A DNA stretch of 64,000 bases, taken from Thermoanaerobaculia bacterium. GTDB taxonomy: Bacteria > Acidobacteriota > Thermoanaerobaculia > Multivoradales > UBA5704. Below, one piece after another: positions 18,582 to 28,552 of the stretch. The position numbers and the translations under genes are program-made. The stretch lies in NCBI GenBank assembly GCA_044226625.1, contig JBGAGQ010000009.1, forward strand, positions 32,001 through 96,000. The letters are read 5' to 3'. Each line of letters begins with the position of its first letter. Position 1 is the stretch's first letter. The notes beneath the pieces are model-generated. The model was not told the DNA's origin and did not search any database. It saw only the letters and a list, made by a program, of their open reading frames with translations.

Positions 18582-18826
18582 GGCGTCCTCCTGATTTCGT
18601 CGAGGCCCGGTGCGGGTCTCGTTGCGTTCAGGAGGAGGAACGGACGCCAACGGGCGATTCCCTCACCCAATGGCCAAAATTCCCAAAGCCCCGTTGATTC
18701 CCTTGGGCTTCCTGGCCGGCGCGACGCTTGACCAATGGTAATTCGAGGGTACAGGCAAAATTTGACTCGAAACAATAACTTAATAAAGAATCCGAAGAGA
18801 AGCCGAGATCCGATCGCCTGCAAGAC

Positions 18827-19129
18827 TCAACGCCCGCGCCAGTACTCCGGACGCCTCTTCTGATGAGCGACGGCGACAACCTGGATTCTCCCGCGGGGAT
18901 CCAGTCGGTAGATCAGGTCGAAGGGGTAGCGATTTGGAAAAACATAGTGCCGGCAGCCCTTACGGCGAACGGGCCATCGCTCGGGAGCTTCCATGACCGC
19001 GGCGACCGCCTGATCGACCGCCAATACGAAGCCGTGCGCCGCGAGCGGACTCCGCTCCGCGTACCAAGCCTTTGCTTCGTTGGCATCCGCGATCGCATCG
19101 GGATGCCAATCGGGCTCACTCGAAGCCAT
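18827..19129 (-). CDS. ParE/RelE-family toxin
   Basis: WHPDAIADANEAKAWYAERSPLAA...RYPFDLIYR...VVAVAHQKRRPEYWRGR. Confidence 0.9.
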   Translation of the reverse strand: MASSEPDWHPDAIADANEAKAWYAERSPLAAHGFVLAVDQAVAAVMEAPERWPVRRKGCRHYVFPNRYPFDLIYRLDPRGRIQVVAVAHQKRRPEYWRGR

Positions 19130-19340
19130 CGAAAAGGCGCTTGCGGACCTCGGACCAGGGCGTCATCTCGACGGCTCCTTCGTCGATCTGGCGAACTCGG
19201 CGATCGATCTCTGGGTCCCATGCCGCTTGAGCGTCCGGATCGGCCCTTGGCTCGAGGCTCTCGATCAGCGCGCCGGCGATGGCGGCACGGGCCTTCTCGT
19301 CCAGCATCAGCGCTTGTTCCAGAAGCAGCTCAACGGTCAT
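19116..19340 (-). CDS. Addiction-module antitoxin (TIGR02574-like)
   Basis: LLEQALML...RAAIAGALIESL...AWDPEIDRRVRQIDEGAVEMTPWSEVRKRL. Confidence 0.88.
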   Translation of the reverse strand: MTVELLLEQALMLDEKARAAIAGALIESLEPRADPDAQAAWDPEIDRRVRQIDEGAVEMTPWSEVRKRLFDGFE

Positions 19341-19442
19341 GACGACATCATACGCCTCCCGGCGCCCCCGGACCTCCCCCGGAAACCCCTGTGCTACGCT
19401 CCCGGCCGGTCGCTTCCGCCGTCCCATCCGAGAGGGTGATTC

Positions 19443-20018
19443 GTGCCAGATCGTTCTTCCGCCGACCCGGCCCTACCCCCCGACGAGCGCCCTGTCGGCG
19501 AGCCGGATTACGCCCGGCTGCGTAACGATTTGGCGAAGGCCGTCGCCAAGGTCTGTCCGGGATGGCTTGCGGATCGACGCGACGATCTGGTCCAAGCTTC
19601 CCTGATCAAAGTGATGGAACTTTCCCGGCGTCGCGCAGGACGTGAGGGAATGCCCGAGCTTTCTTCGTCATACCTGTACCGGGTGGCGCACAGCGCTCTC
19701 GTGGACGAGATCCGCGCCCGGAGGAGGAGGCACGAGGTGAGTCTCGAGGACGACGAAAGCCAGCACGCGGCAACTCCCGCCCACACCCCCGATCCCGCGG
19801 CCACATCGGCCGCCGCCGAGGTCGGGCGCGCGATCCGAGACTGCCTGGGCCAGATGGTCCGCGACCGGCGGCTCGCCGTCGCGCTCTATCTTCAAGGACA
19901 CGGCGTGCCCGACGCCTCGCATCTCCTTTCCTGGTCGGCGAAGCGCACCGAGAACCTGGTCTATCGAGGCCTGTCCGACCTGCGCCGATGCCTGTCCGAC
20001 AAGGGGCTCGCGCCATGA
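19443..20018 (+). CDS. ECF RNA polymerase sigma factor
   Basis: DDLVQASLIKV...SYLYRVAHSALVDEIR...KRTENLVYRGLSDLRRCL. Confidence 0.92.
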   Translation: MPDRSSADPALPPDERPVGEPDYARLRNDLAKAVAKVCPGWLADRRDDLVQASLIKVMELSRRRAGREGMPELSSSYLYRVAHSALVDEIRARRRRHEVSLEDDESQHAATPAHTPDPAATSAAAEVGRAIRDCLGQMVRDRRLAVALYLQGHGVPDASHLLSWSAKRTENLVYRGLSDLRRCLSDKGLAP

Positions 20019-20758
20019 TCGAGAACGCCCCGGGCATCGAGCGCCTACGCCGCGCCTTTTCGACCTACGAGGGACCGGGCGCCACGGAGCCGATCGGCGA
20101 CGTGCCGATCGACGCCGAGCGGATCTACCTCGCCGCCGCGGGCGAGCTGCCGGAGGAGGAGCGCCGGGCGGTGATCGACCAGGTCGCGACGAACGCCGAG
20201 GCCGCCGAGGTCTGGCGCCTCGCGGTCGAGCTGCAGCGGCTCGAAGCGAAGAGCGCACTCGAACCGATGGAAGAGGACGAGCGGCAAGCCGAGCGCGCGC
20301 CGGGGCCGCTACCGCCCGCCGAGGTGCTCCCCTTCCGCCGCCCCGCCCCCGCGGCCCCGTCGCGCCGACGGCTCTATTCGGCGCTCGCCGCGCTGCTCGC
20401 CGCGACGATCGGTTTGGGGCTCTGGATGCAGATGCACGCTCCGGCCCCCACGCTCCGCGGAGGCGAATCCGCGCTCTCGGCGACGGTGGCCGACGGTTCG
20501 CGCCTGCCGCGCGAGGCGTTTCGCCTTTCGTGGAAGGCGGCCCCGGGCTCCCGCGTGCGCTATACCGTGCGGGTGACCACCGAGGCCTTGGATCCCGTCG
20601 CGACGGGTCGGGATCTGGAGCGGACGACCTATCAGGTACCGGCCGCGGCGCTCGCGGAGTTCCCCGCCGGCACCCGCCTGCTCTGGCAGGTGGAATCGCG
20701 CAACGACGAGGGAGCGACCGCGAGCTCGCCTACCTATTCCGTCGAAATCTCCCCCTGA
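20015..20758 (+). CDS. Putative membrane-spanning anti-sigma factor
   Basis: ATGA coupling to sigma; degenerate anti-sigma-like N-domain (GELPEEERRAVIDQV); TM LAALLAATIGLGLW; TLRGG then FN3-like beta domain. Confidence 0.75.
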   Translation: MIENAPGIERLRRAFSTYEGPGATEPIGDVPIDAERIYLAAAGELPEEERRAVIDQVATNAEAAEVWRLAVELQRLEAKSALEPMEEDERQAERAPGPLPPAEVLPFRRPAPAAPSRRRLYSALAALLAATIGLGLWMQMHAPAPTLRGGESALSATVADGSRLPREAFRLSWKAAPGSRVRYTVRVTTEALDPVATGRDLERTTYQVPAAALAEFPAGTRLLWQVESRNDEGATASSPTYSVEISP

Positions 20759-20844
20759 CCGCGGGCGCGCCCGCTTGGAGTGAGGGAAACGCCTTCGACC
20801 GAACGTTGGAAGCGAAGAACGTGCAATTCTTGGGAGATCGAAAG

Positions 20845-21396
20845 ATGACCACCTGCTCGCCTGCTTCGCACCCGTTCCGTCACCTCGGCCGTGTTCTCGC
20901 GCTCGCCGGTTTCGCCTTCGCCCTTCCGGCCCTAGCGGCCGCTCAGGTCCACCTCCGTTCGACCGCGACGAGCGGGCTCTTCACGCTCCTGCCCAAGCAG
21001 ACGCTGCGCCTCCATCTGGTCGACGTCGGCAAGCTGTCGCCGACGGCCACCTCCGCACGGATCGAGCTTCGCGACGAGAGGGGCACCCTCCTCGGCTTTC
21101 GGTCGACGACCAACTTGAGGCCCGGGGCGGCGATCCATCTCGTGCTCCGGTCCACGAGCCTGCTCGGCAGCCGGCCGTCCCTGTACGTCCGAGCGATCGC
21201 GATCACGGAGACCGAGGCCGACAACCTCGCGAGCTCGCCGATCTTCTCCCTCGACGCCCAGCCCGAAGGTCCGGACAACCTGACCATCCCGGTTTCGCCT
21301 CCCTGCCCGATGTTCACCATGACGGACCCGCCGACGCCGCAGGGTTCGCAACGCGACTGCGGAGGCGGACTGCTGGTCCAAATCCTGGTTCCCTGA
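20845..21396 (+). CDS. Hypothetical secreted protein
   Basis: GGGAGA RBS; signal peptide ending ALAAA-Q; beta-rich body; C-terminal Cys pair. Confidence 0.7.
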   Translation: MTTCSPASHPFRHLGRVLALAGFAFALPALAAAQVHLRSTATSGLFTLLPKQTLRLHLVDVGKLSPTATSARIELRDERGTLLGFRSTTNLRPGAAIHLVLRSTSLLGSRPSLYVRAIAITETEADNLASSPIFSLDAQPEGPDNLTIPVSPPCPMFTMTDPPTPQGSQRDCGGGLLVQILVP

Positions 21397-21450
21397 CTCG
21401 CATAAAGGCTCAAGGGCCGGGGCGAGCTCTGGGATCCGCGAGATCCACGG

Positions 21451-24174
21451 ATGACCGAGCACTTCGGAGAGAACCGGCCCGGCGCCTCGAGGGACGCCGG
21501 GCCGTTCGCTTGGAACCCCAGGGCCGGCCGATGCGCGGGCCCGATCTCCGTCTCGATCTTTCTCTGGGCCTCACAGGCCGCGTTCGCGACGGTCACGCCC
21601 CCCGATCCATTCGCCCCCTGCCGCGAGCAGATCCGGAAGGCGCCGGAAGCGGACACCTCGTATCTCTGCTTCTACGACGCGGCGAGCGCCGCGAACCGAT
21701 TCGCCGACGCCGATGCTCAACTCGAACGAATCGCTCGAGGCGAGCACGGCGGGCCGGGACCGGTCGGCGCCGCCTGGGCGCTGCTGGTGCGCGGCTACAT
21801 CGCGCTCGACGCTCTCGGCCGGGACGAGGACCGCGCGCTCCCTATCCTGCGTGAGGCGGCGGCCCGCTTCTCCCGCCTCGCGGTGCCGGCAGGCGAGGTC
21901 AAGGCGCGCGCCAACTTGAGGAACGTCCTCGCCCGGCGCGGTGAGACCGCAGCGGCGGCCAAGGAAACCGCCCGCGCGCTCGCCGCCGCCGAGCGGTCGA
22001 AGGACCCCGATCTGCTCGCCTTCGCCCTGATCCTCGAAGCCCATCAGCTGATGGAGGCCGGGGGCGACCTCACGCACGCGACCCAAAGCTTGAATCGCGC
22101 GGAGGCGTTGGTCTTCCCCGACGGCAACCCGAGGCGCCAACAGAGCTGCCTCGAAGCGCTCGCGGGGTTGAGCTTCCGTCTCGGCCGCTACGATCGGGCG
22201 GGCGACTACTACCGTCGTCTCGCGGCCATTTACGAGGGCGTGAAGAACGGCCTCGGCCAGGCGACCGCGACCTACAGCCTGGCGTTGACCCGACAGCGGG
22301 AGCTCGAAGAGCTCCCCGAACCGGGGGGCCTCGAAGAGGTCGAGACGCTCGCTCTCCAGGCGCTCGCCCTCTCGCGCGCGGCGGGAGCGAAGGAGATCGA
22401 GCAGCGCAGCCTGCAACTCGTCGGCGAGAACGAGCGGGCGCGCGGCCGCCCCGAGCGGGCGCGCGAGGTGCTGCTCGAAAGCCTCGCCCTCGCGAGAGAC
22501 CTCGGCCAGCCGGAGAGGATTTCGGACACCCTCTGGTCGCTCGCGCACCTCTCCAAAGGCGAGGAAGCCGCGAGCTACGCCAGGCAGGCGACCGCGGCGA
22601 TCCAGGCGATCGGCGATCCGCGATCGCTCGCGATCTCTTGGCAAGGGAAGATGCGGGTCGACTGGCGTACCCTGCCGCGCGAGGTCGCGATCGCCCATTG
22701 CTTCGAGGCGCTCGCGGCGATCGAGGCGCTACGCCGGTTCCAGCCCGAGGAGGAGAGCCGGGTCGGGCTCTTCTCCGCCTGGACCCAGAACTACCGCTGG
22801 CTCGCCGGCCGCCTGCTCGAAGGAGCCTCCCCCGACCTGCCGCGCGCGTTCGCGGTCATGGAGCGGATGCGCGGTCGCTTCCTTTTGGAGAGCCTGGTGA
22901 CCTCGGCCGCGGCACCGAACGGGGCGGAAAAACCCCGCGGGGCCGCGGCCGCGCTGTCGGGCGAGGCGGCGTCTCTCGACGCGGTGCGCAGGACGCTCGC
23001 CGACGACGAGGCCCTGCTCCTGTTCCAGCTCGGGTCGTGGCGCGATCTCTACGGCGATTTCGCCGGAGGCTCCTGGGCGATCGTCCTCACCCGACGGGAG
23101 ATTCAGGTCGAGCGACTGCCGGGCCGAGCCGAGATCGAGGCGCTTCTGCCGCTCTTTCTCGGCCTGATCGAGCGGCGGGATGGGCGGGAAGGTCCCGCGG
23201 CGGCGCGGCTCGGCAAGATGCTGCTCGGTCGATCGCTCCGCTCCCTCCCCTCGACGGTTCGCCGGTTGATCCTGGTCCCTGACGGCGCGCTCTACAACCT
23301 GCCGTGGGACGCCCTGCGCGAGACGGCGGAGGGAACGCCGCTCGGCCTGCGCTACGAGCTCGCCCTCGCCCCCTCGGCGACCTTGTTCGCGCACTGGCGC
23401 TCGCTCCCCCGGAAAGCGGCGAGCCGCGGCGCGCTGGTGCTCGCAAATCCCGACCTTCCACCGTCCCGGAAAGAGTCCGATCCCGCCTACGGCCCTCTCC
23501 CCTACGCCCGAAAAGAAGGGGAGAACGTGGCGCGCCTCCTCCCCGGCAGCTCGCTTCGGACCGGCAAGGAGGCGACGCGCGGGGGGCTCTCGCGAACCGA
23601 TCTCTCGCCGTTCGCCGCGCTCCACCTTGCGGCGCACGCGATCGCCGACGGCGCGCATCCCGATCGATCGGCGGTCCTTCTCGCCGACGGATCGCTCGGA
23701 CCTCGGGACATCGTGGCGCTCCCCCTGGCGGGAAAGCTCGCGGTCCTCTCCGCCTGCCGGACGGCGGGGGGCGCCGTGATCTCCGGCGAGGGGACGATGA
23801 GCTTGGCGCGTGCGTTCTTCCAGGCCGGGGCGCGGACCGTCGTCGGCAGCCGCTGGATGCTCGCCGACGACGAGGCGGAACGGTTGTCCGCGAGCTTCTA
23901 TCGAGCCCTGAGCCGCGGCGCGACGGTAGGCAGCGCGCTCGCCGCTGCCCGGCGAGAGGCGGCGGACGACGGACTCCCCCCCGCCGCTTGGGCCGGCCTC
24001 GTCTTGATGGGCGATCCGGACCTCACCCTGCCGGCGGCCCTGCGACACCCCTCGCGGACACCGGTTCCCTGGCTACTCATCGGCTCGGGCCTGCTACTCG
24101 GCGTCGGCGCGGGCTTCCTCACGTCGCGAGCGCTCGAGCGGCGCGCCAGGGCACGCCAGAGCGCCGCGCACTGA
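21451..24174 (+). CDS. TPR-CHAT (caspase HetF-associated) protease with C-terminal TM anchor
   Basis: TPR-like repeats; LILVPDGALYNLPW, LHLAAHA (His), VLSACRT (Cys), SLARAFFQAGA, WAGLVLMG; C-terminal WLLIGSGLLLGVGAGFL; start uncertain. Confidence 0.92.
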   Translation: MTEHFGENRPGASRDAGPFAWNPRAGRCAGPISVSIFLWASQAAFATVTPPDPFAPCREQIRKAPEADTSYLCFYDAASAANRFADADAQLERIARGEHGGPGPVGAAWALLVRGYIALDALGRDEDRALPILREAAARFSRLAVPAGEVKARANLRNVLARRGETAAAAKETARALAAAERSKDPDLLAFALILEAHQLMEAGGDLTHATQSLNRAEALVFPDGNPRRQQSCLEALAGLSFRLGRYDRAGDYYRRLAAIYEGVKNGLGQATATYSLALTRQRELEELPEPGGLEEVETLALQALALSRAAGAKEIEQRSLQLVGENERARGRPERAREVLLESLALARDLGQPERISDTLWSLAHLSKGEEAASYARQATAAIQAIGDPRSLAISWQGKMRVDWRTLPREVAIAHCFEALAAIEALRRFQPEEESRVGLFSAWTQNYRWLAGRLLEGASPDLPRAFAVMERMRGRFLLESLVTSAAAPNGAEKPRGAAAALSGEAASLDAVRRTLADDEALLLFQLGSWRDLYGDFAGGSWAIVLTRREIQVERLPGRAEIEALLPLFLGLIERRDGREGPAAARLGKMLLGRSLRSLPSTVRRLILVPDGALYNLPWDALRETAEGTPLGLRYELALAPSATLFAHWRSLPRKAASRGALVLANPDLPPSRKESDPAYGPLPYARKEGENVARLLPGSSLRTGKEATRGGLSRTDLSPFAALHLAAHAIADGAHPDRSAVLLADGSLGPRDIVALPLAGKLAVLSACRTAGGAVISGEGTMSLARAFFQAGARTVVGSRWMLADDEAERLSASFYRALSRGATVGSALAAARREAADDGLPPAAWAGLVLMGDPDLTLPAALRHPSRTPVPWLLIGSGLLLGVGAGFLTSRALERRARARQSAAH

Positions 24175-24262
24175 AGGGCCCATCTTGCCCGCCTACCCGC
24201 CCGGATGGGTTCGGGTAACATGTGCGCCCTTTACGATTTCATTTTCCGAGGAGCCGCCTCCA

Positions 24263-24733
24263 ATGTCCCACCCTCAGCCCCTCCGCGGGTCGCTGCTTCG
24301 TCTCGCCCTCTTGCTGTCGACGGTGTGCGCCGTCCTGGCGTGCAGCCGTCAGGAAGAGTTCGATCGGATGTTCCATGAGCGGCTCGCCAAGCGCGCGCTC
24401 GCCTGCTTCCATCCCCTCGGCGACATCAAATCGGCCGGTCCGATCGAAATCGCGGCCGGCGACACGTTCCGAGGCACGATCTACTGGCAGGGCGGATTCT
24501 CCGGCAACGACTACCAGACGAGGATCGAGGCGAGGATCGGCTCGGAGGTCGCGACGATCCACCTGATCGAAGACACATCGCCGATCGCGGCCGCCGAAAC
24601 GACCTGTCTGATGCCCCTCGAAGAGGCCGCCGTCCCAGTTCACGCGGAGGATGATGGCGAGACGAGCGAGACGTCCGGCGAGGTGCCGGCCGAAACGTCG
24701 GGTCTCCCGGACGACGCGCCCCCTCCTCCGTAG
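24263..24733 (+). CDS. Hypothetical lipoprotein
   Basis: GAGGAG RBS; lipobox VLA-C; acidic tail. Confidence 0.7.
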   Translation: MSHPQPLRGSLLRLALLLSTVCAVLACSRQEEFDRMFHERLAKRALACFHPLGDIKSAGPIEIAAGDTFRGTIYWQGGFSGNDYQTRIEARIGSEVATIHLIEDTSPIAAAETTCLMPLEEAAVPVHAEDDGETSETSGEVPAETSGLPDDAPPPP

Positions 24734-24739
24734 CGGGTC

Positions 24740-25666
24740 TCAGGGCTCGATCGGGGGCGCCGTCGCCACTTCTTTCTTCTTGCCGAGCACCTTGCGCAGC
24801 CAGGCTCCGATCGCCGCGATCCCGAGGATCACGAACTTCTTCGCCGCGAGTAGCCCGGCGAGCAGCGCTTTGAACAATCCGGTCTTCGCCGCGAGCGTGC
24901 CGAGCACCAACGCGCCCATGCCGTACTCGGCGACTTTGTCCTTGCCCGGGACGAAGTCGGCGTACCGATGGCCCGGATTGAACTCGACCGCCGGCAGGAG
25001 CTGCTGCATCGAGGTTCGGATCGACCCGAGCTGGTCGACCGAGGCGACCGCGTTCAGCACCAGGACGCCGCGCCGGCCGAGCACGCGGATGTTGTAGTTC
25101 AGCGTGTCGACGGGCGAGTCGCCGAATTTGATGTCTTTGGCCCAGTAGAGCTTGTTGCTCGTCTTGTCATAGTGCGGCGGCTCGGCCCAGCCGATCAGGT
25201 GGACCTCCTCGTAGCCGGCCTTGGTCCGCTCTTTGTTTTCCTCGGTCACGTCCTTCTTCATCTGGTCGAGCAGCTCGCCGTAGTTGATCTTCTCGGCGTC
25301 CTTGTCGTCCACGTAACCGTCCTCTTCGTACGTGATCACGACGCCCCAACCTTCGGGCGTGAGCGGGCTCGGCTCGGCGGGGAGGATCATGCCGAGGGTC
25401 TTCTCGCCCGGAGGGTTGCCCCATCCTTCGCTGAGCAGGCGGGCCGACTGGTCCGGGTCGAGATAGCGGAACCCGGGGCCGAGCTTGAACTTCGCCTTGC
25501 CGCCGGCGACCTCGACCGTTCCGGTCTGGTAGCGCAGCTCGGATTCGAGCTTCGCCGGATCGGGCTGCACGGCCGGCGGTTCCTGCGCCCAGGCGATCGC
25601 CGAGCCGGCCCCCATCGCCACGGCGAGACCTACAAAAGACAAACCTCGGGCAAACGTCCGTTTCAT
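24740..25666 (-). CDS. DUF2167 membrane-anchored protein
   Basis: WGNPP, GYVDDKDA, IGWAEPPHYD, LNYNIRVLGRRGVLVLNAV, DKVAEYG. Confidence 0.92.
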   Translation of the reverse strand: MKRTFARGLSFVGLAVAMGAGSAIAWAQEPPAVQPDPAKLESELRYQTGTVEVAGGKAKFKLGPGFRYLDPDQSARLLSEGWGNPPGEKTLGMILPAEPSPLTPEGWGVVITYEEDGYVDDKDAEKINYGELLDQMKKDVTEENKERTKAGYEEVHLIGWAEPPHYDKTSNKLYWAKDIKFGDSPVDTLNYNIRVLGRRGVLVLNAVASVDQLGSIRTSMQQLLPAVEFNPGHRYADFVPGKDKVAEYGMGALVLGTLAAKTGLFKALLAGLLAAKKFVILGIAAIGAWLRKVLGKKKEVATAPPIEP

Positions 25667-25742
25667 CGGCGCCTCCAATCGCTCCCTCGGATGATTCAAC
25701 CTGAAGACTGGACCCGAAAGTATCCGCGGCGTTGAGAGCCCG

Positions 25743-27569
25743 TCAAGGCGAGCCGCTCGCGTCGTGGCGAAGACTCGAGGAGGGGATCTCCAACCGGCTC
25801 GGATGCTCCCGGTCGTGGAGCAGCGTGACGTGGACCGTCCGCGCGTCCTTACCCGACTCGTCGGCCACCACCCCGCCGCCGTTCCAGTTCCGTTCGAGGA
25901 AGATCGAATTCGGAGAACGAACGATCAGCCGAAGGCGGCTCCCGGTGGGGAGAACCCGCGCGACGAACGGCAGCTCGAAGGAGTATTCGAGCGGCAAGCC
26001 CGAGGGCACCAACGTCTCCCTCCGAAGATTTGTGCGATAGCGGGCGCGCATCCAATCCTCGCCGAGGAGGATCGGCGCGCCGTCCGGCCCGACCATCTCC
26101 AGCCGAGCCATCAGATCGGCGTCCGGGGCGTCGAGCGCGATCCACAGGAAGAGCTTTGGAAAACCGGAGATCTCCGTCGGCTCGGCGAACGGATCGGTCG
26201 CGTAGGCGAGCCCGGAGCCCCAGAGATCGTCCGGACCGGCGATCCCTTTCGCCCACTCGACGACCTCCTCGGTCTCGGCGAGCCCCGGGCGCAGGTCGAG
26301 CGGATCGTAGGTCCAGCGGCCGGAGCCGCCCGCGGGGGGAGCCGAGGAAAGCGCCCCAGGCCGCGAGAGCGTGCCTCCCTCTTTGACCGAGCCGAGAAAC
26401 CAAGTCCGCGATCGAGGAGCCTCCACCCTCTTTCCGTTCGAATCGAGCGGCTCGAGCGGTTCGAGATTCGCGGCGGAGCGCCACTCCTCCGTGCCGATCG
26501 CGTAGTAACGGACGGGCACCGCGAGCATCGCGGGGAGCGGCCCGCCGCCCATCGAGTAATCAAACCAATCGGCGAGCAGCTTCTTCATGTCGACATCCGC
26601 CGCAGGACCGAACGTCAGCCCTCCCGCCTCGCGGGCGGGTCTTCGCGCGCCGTGGTGATCCCACGGGCCGATCAGGACTCGATGCTTCGTGAACGCGGCG
26701 GGCGATGCGTATTTCTTGTGCTCTCGGTAGAACCAGAGCGGGCCGACGTGGTTCGATTCATATTGCGCCGTGACGGTCAGGATCGGCAGGTCGAACCGCG
26801 CGAAGTCAGCGGGCGTGGGTGTCGGGTCGTCCCAAAACGCGTCGAGCGTCGGATGGTCGAGAAAGCGCTGGAAGAGCGGCGACGGAGAGCCGATGATCCG
26901 ATCGAAATCGCGCAGCGGCCGCGTCGACAGGTAGAGCTCGCGGAACTTCGCGACCCAGAACTCCGAATCGCCGAGGATCTGTGTGTTCGACGTCGCGCCG
27001 GCCGTGAGCAGAAACCACTGCATGATGTCCGGGGTCAGGATGTCGTGCCAGCCGTACATGGGATAGCTGGCCGAGATCGGCGCGATCGCCGTCAAGTGAG
27101 GAGGTCGCTCCTTGAGCGTGCTCCACACCGCTCGCCCACCGTACGAATGGCCGATCATCCCGACCTTGCCGTTCGACCACGGCTGCTTCGCGAGCCACTC
27201 CGCGACGTCGTAGCCGTCCCGACCGTCGTTCCGCCACGGCTCGAACTCACCACCTGAAGTCCCCCGCCCGCGCACGTCGACCGCCGCGAACACATAGCCC
27301 CGAGAAGCGAAATACCGCCCCTCCGCGTGGAACCCGTCGGACGTGTACGGCGTCATGTTGAACACGACCGGAGCCGGAGCGGCGAGCCCGTGCGGCCGGT
27401 AGAGGCTCGCATGAAGACGAACCCCGTCGCGCATGGGGATGCGCACGTCCCAGGTGAGGTCGTAGGTGTTGGCGGGGGCGGGGGGTGGCGGAGTTTGACC
27501 GATGCCGAGCCGGGGACCGAGGGCGAAAACGAGAACGAACGATAGGAGACTTCGAAGCGGATTGCGCAT
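25743..27569 (-). CDS. CocE/NonD-family hydrolase (peptidase S15)
   Basis: IPMRDGVRL, TPY, DVRGRGTSGG, QPWSNGKVGMIGHSYGG, IGPWDH; signal peptide. Confidence 0.93.
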   Translation of the reverse strand: MRNPLRSLLSFVLVFALGPRLGIGQTPPPPAPANTYDLTWDVRIPMRDGVRLHASLYRPHGLAAPAPVVFNMTPYTSDGFHAEGRYFASRGYVFAAVDVRGRGTSGGEFEPWRNDGRDGYDVAEWLAKQPWSNGKVGMIGHSYGGRAVWSTLKERPPHLTAIAPISASYPMYGWHDILTPDIMQWFLLTAGATSNTQILGDSEFWVAKFRELYLSTRPLRDFDRIIGSPSPLFQRFLDHPTLDAFWDDPTPTPADFARFDLPILTVTAQYESNHVGPLWFYREHKKYASPAAFTKHRVLIGPWDHHGARRPAREAGGLTFGPAADVDMKKLLADWFDYSMGGGPLPAMLAVPVRYYAIGTEEWRSAANLEPLEPLDSNGKRVEAPRSRTWFLGSVKEGGTLSRPGALSSAPPAGGSGRWTYDPLDLRPGLAETEEVVEWAKGIAGPDDLWGSGLAYATDPFAEPTEISGFPKLFLWIALDAPDADLMARLEMVGPDGAPILLGEDWMRARYRTNLRRETLVPSGLPLEYSFELPFVARVLPTGSRLRLIVRSPNSIFLERNWNGGGVVADESGKDARTVHVTLLHDREHPSRLEIPSSSLRHDASGSP

Positions 27570-27645
27570 CGCTCCCCCAAGAGAAGGGTGGTTGGAGGAG
27601 ACTACCGCGAGCGGCGGGCTGGCTCTCGGGCGCGCCGAGCGCCGG

Positions 27646-27798
27646 CTCGTCGAGGGCGTAGGGCACCGGAAGGATTCGCCCGTCCTCGAAGCTCGAAACG
27701 CCGATGAACAGGCCCGCGCTCCCCGAGGGGTCGAAGAGGTCCGATCCTGAATCTCGGGCTCTCTCCCTCCGCTCGGCACGCTCTCCGCCGCCACGCAA
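27646..27798 (-). pseudogene. Probable N-terminal remnant of a caspase-family (peptidase C14) gene
   Basis: FDPSGSAGLFIGVSSFEDGRILPVPYALD resembles the first strand and loop of metacaspase domains; similarity then stops; AGAGGAG RBS upstream. Confidence 0.5.
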
Positions 27799-27906
27799 CT
27801 CCTCTAGACCTAGGTTCTCGAAAACGAGGCTCTATTGTATCGGCATACATAGAAGCTGAAGGTAAGGCGTACGACGGAAGGCGGAGGAGCCCTCCGGATG
27901 GTACGT

Positions 27907-28272
27907 TCAGAAGCTTCGACGTAGCCGAATACGACCTGGTTCCACAGTGATGAGATTCCCCCGGATCTCTTCCTCGGAGAGACTTTCGATGGCGGCTACC
28001 AGAGCCTCGGTCACCTCAAGGCTGGGCGACTCGTTTCCGAAACGTCCGACGATAATTCCAAAGTGAGACCCGAGCGGGAACGTCAGGGTGTTTGCAAAGC
28101 CAATGTCCCCGCTGACGAGAGTCCAGCCTTGGTCGAGTGCCCTTTGCCAAACCTTCTTGTCCGTCGCTCCGCGGAGTCCGACATCTCGAACATCCGCCGC
28201 GTCGAGGCCGCGCCAACGAAGTTCGACCGCCAGGGAGCGAGGGAGATCTTCGTCGACCAGGAACTTAGGCAA
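27907..28272 (-). CDS. DUF5615-family PIN-like toxin
   Basis: KFLVDEDLPRSLA...GLRGATDKKVW...TLVSGDIGF...HFGII. Confidence 0.88.
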   Translation of the reverse strand: MPKFLVDEDLPRSLAVELRWRGLDAADVRDVGLRGATDKKVWQRALDQGWTLVSGDIGFANTLTFPLGSHFGIIVGRFGNESPSLEVTEALVAAIESLSEEEIRGNLITVEPGRIRLRRSF

Positions 28273-28492
28273 TAGCGCGAATCTGCTCGCCGGCAACCGT
28301 TTGCGCAGCGTAAGCCAACGCGGCAAGGATTTCGTCCCGGGTCAGCTCGTACTCGCCAGCAACTTCTTCGAGGGTCATTCCACCAGCGAGCTTGCCGAGC
28401 ACCAGATCCACCGGAACTCGAGTCCCCTGGATCACCGGCCGGCCGAAGCGGACGCTCTCGTCAACGCTGATTCTCGGGGCGATCTGGATCAT
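28265..28492 (-). CDS. DUF433-family antitoxin
   Basis: RISVD..VRFGRPVIQGTRVPVDLVLGKLAGGMTLEEVAGEYELTRDEILAALAYA. Confidence 0.92.
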   Translation of the reverse strand: MIQIAPRISVDESVRFGRPVIQGTRVPVDLVLGKLAGGMTLEEVAGEYELTRDEILAALAYAAQTVAGEQIRAIA

Positions 28493-28552
28493 GATTCCAA
28501 GTATACGCCTCAAGCGCGGCTCACCCGGCGGGGGTGGATGTCGGGGCTCCCT

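Noticed and set aside
20780-20825. ECF promoter upstream of the 20845 gene
   Set aside because: GGAAAC and CGTT are present but the spacing is shorter than typical, and I found no second copy to support a consensus
1-28500. Prophage or integrative element
   Set aside because: No integrase, att-like repeat, phage structural or conjugation genes recognised
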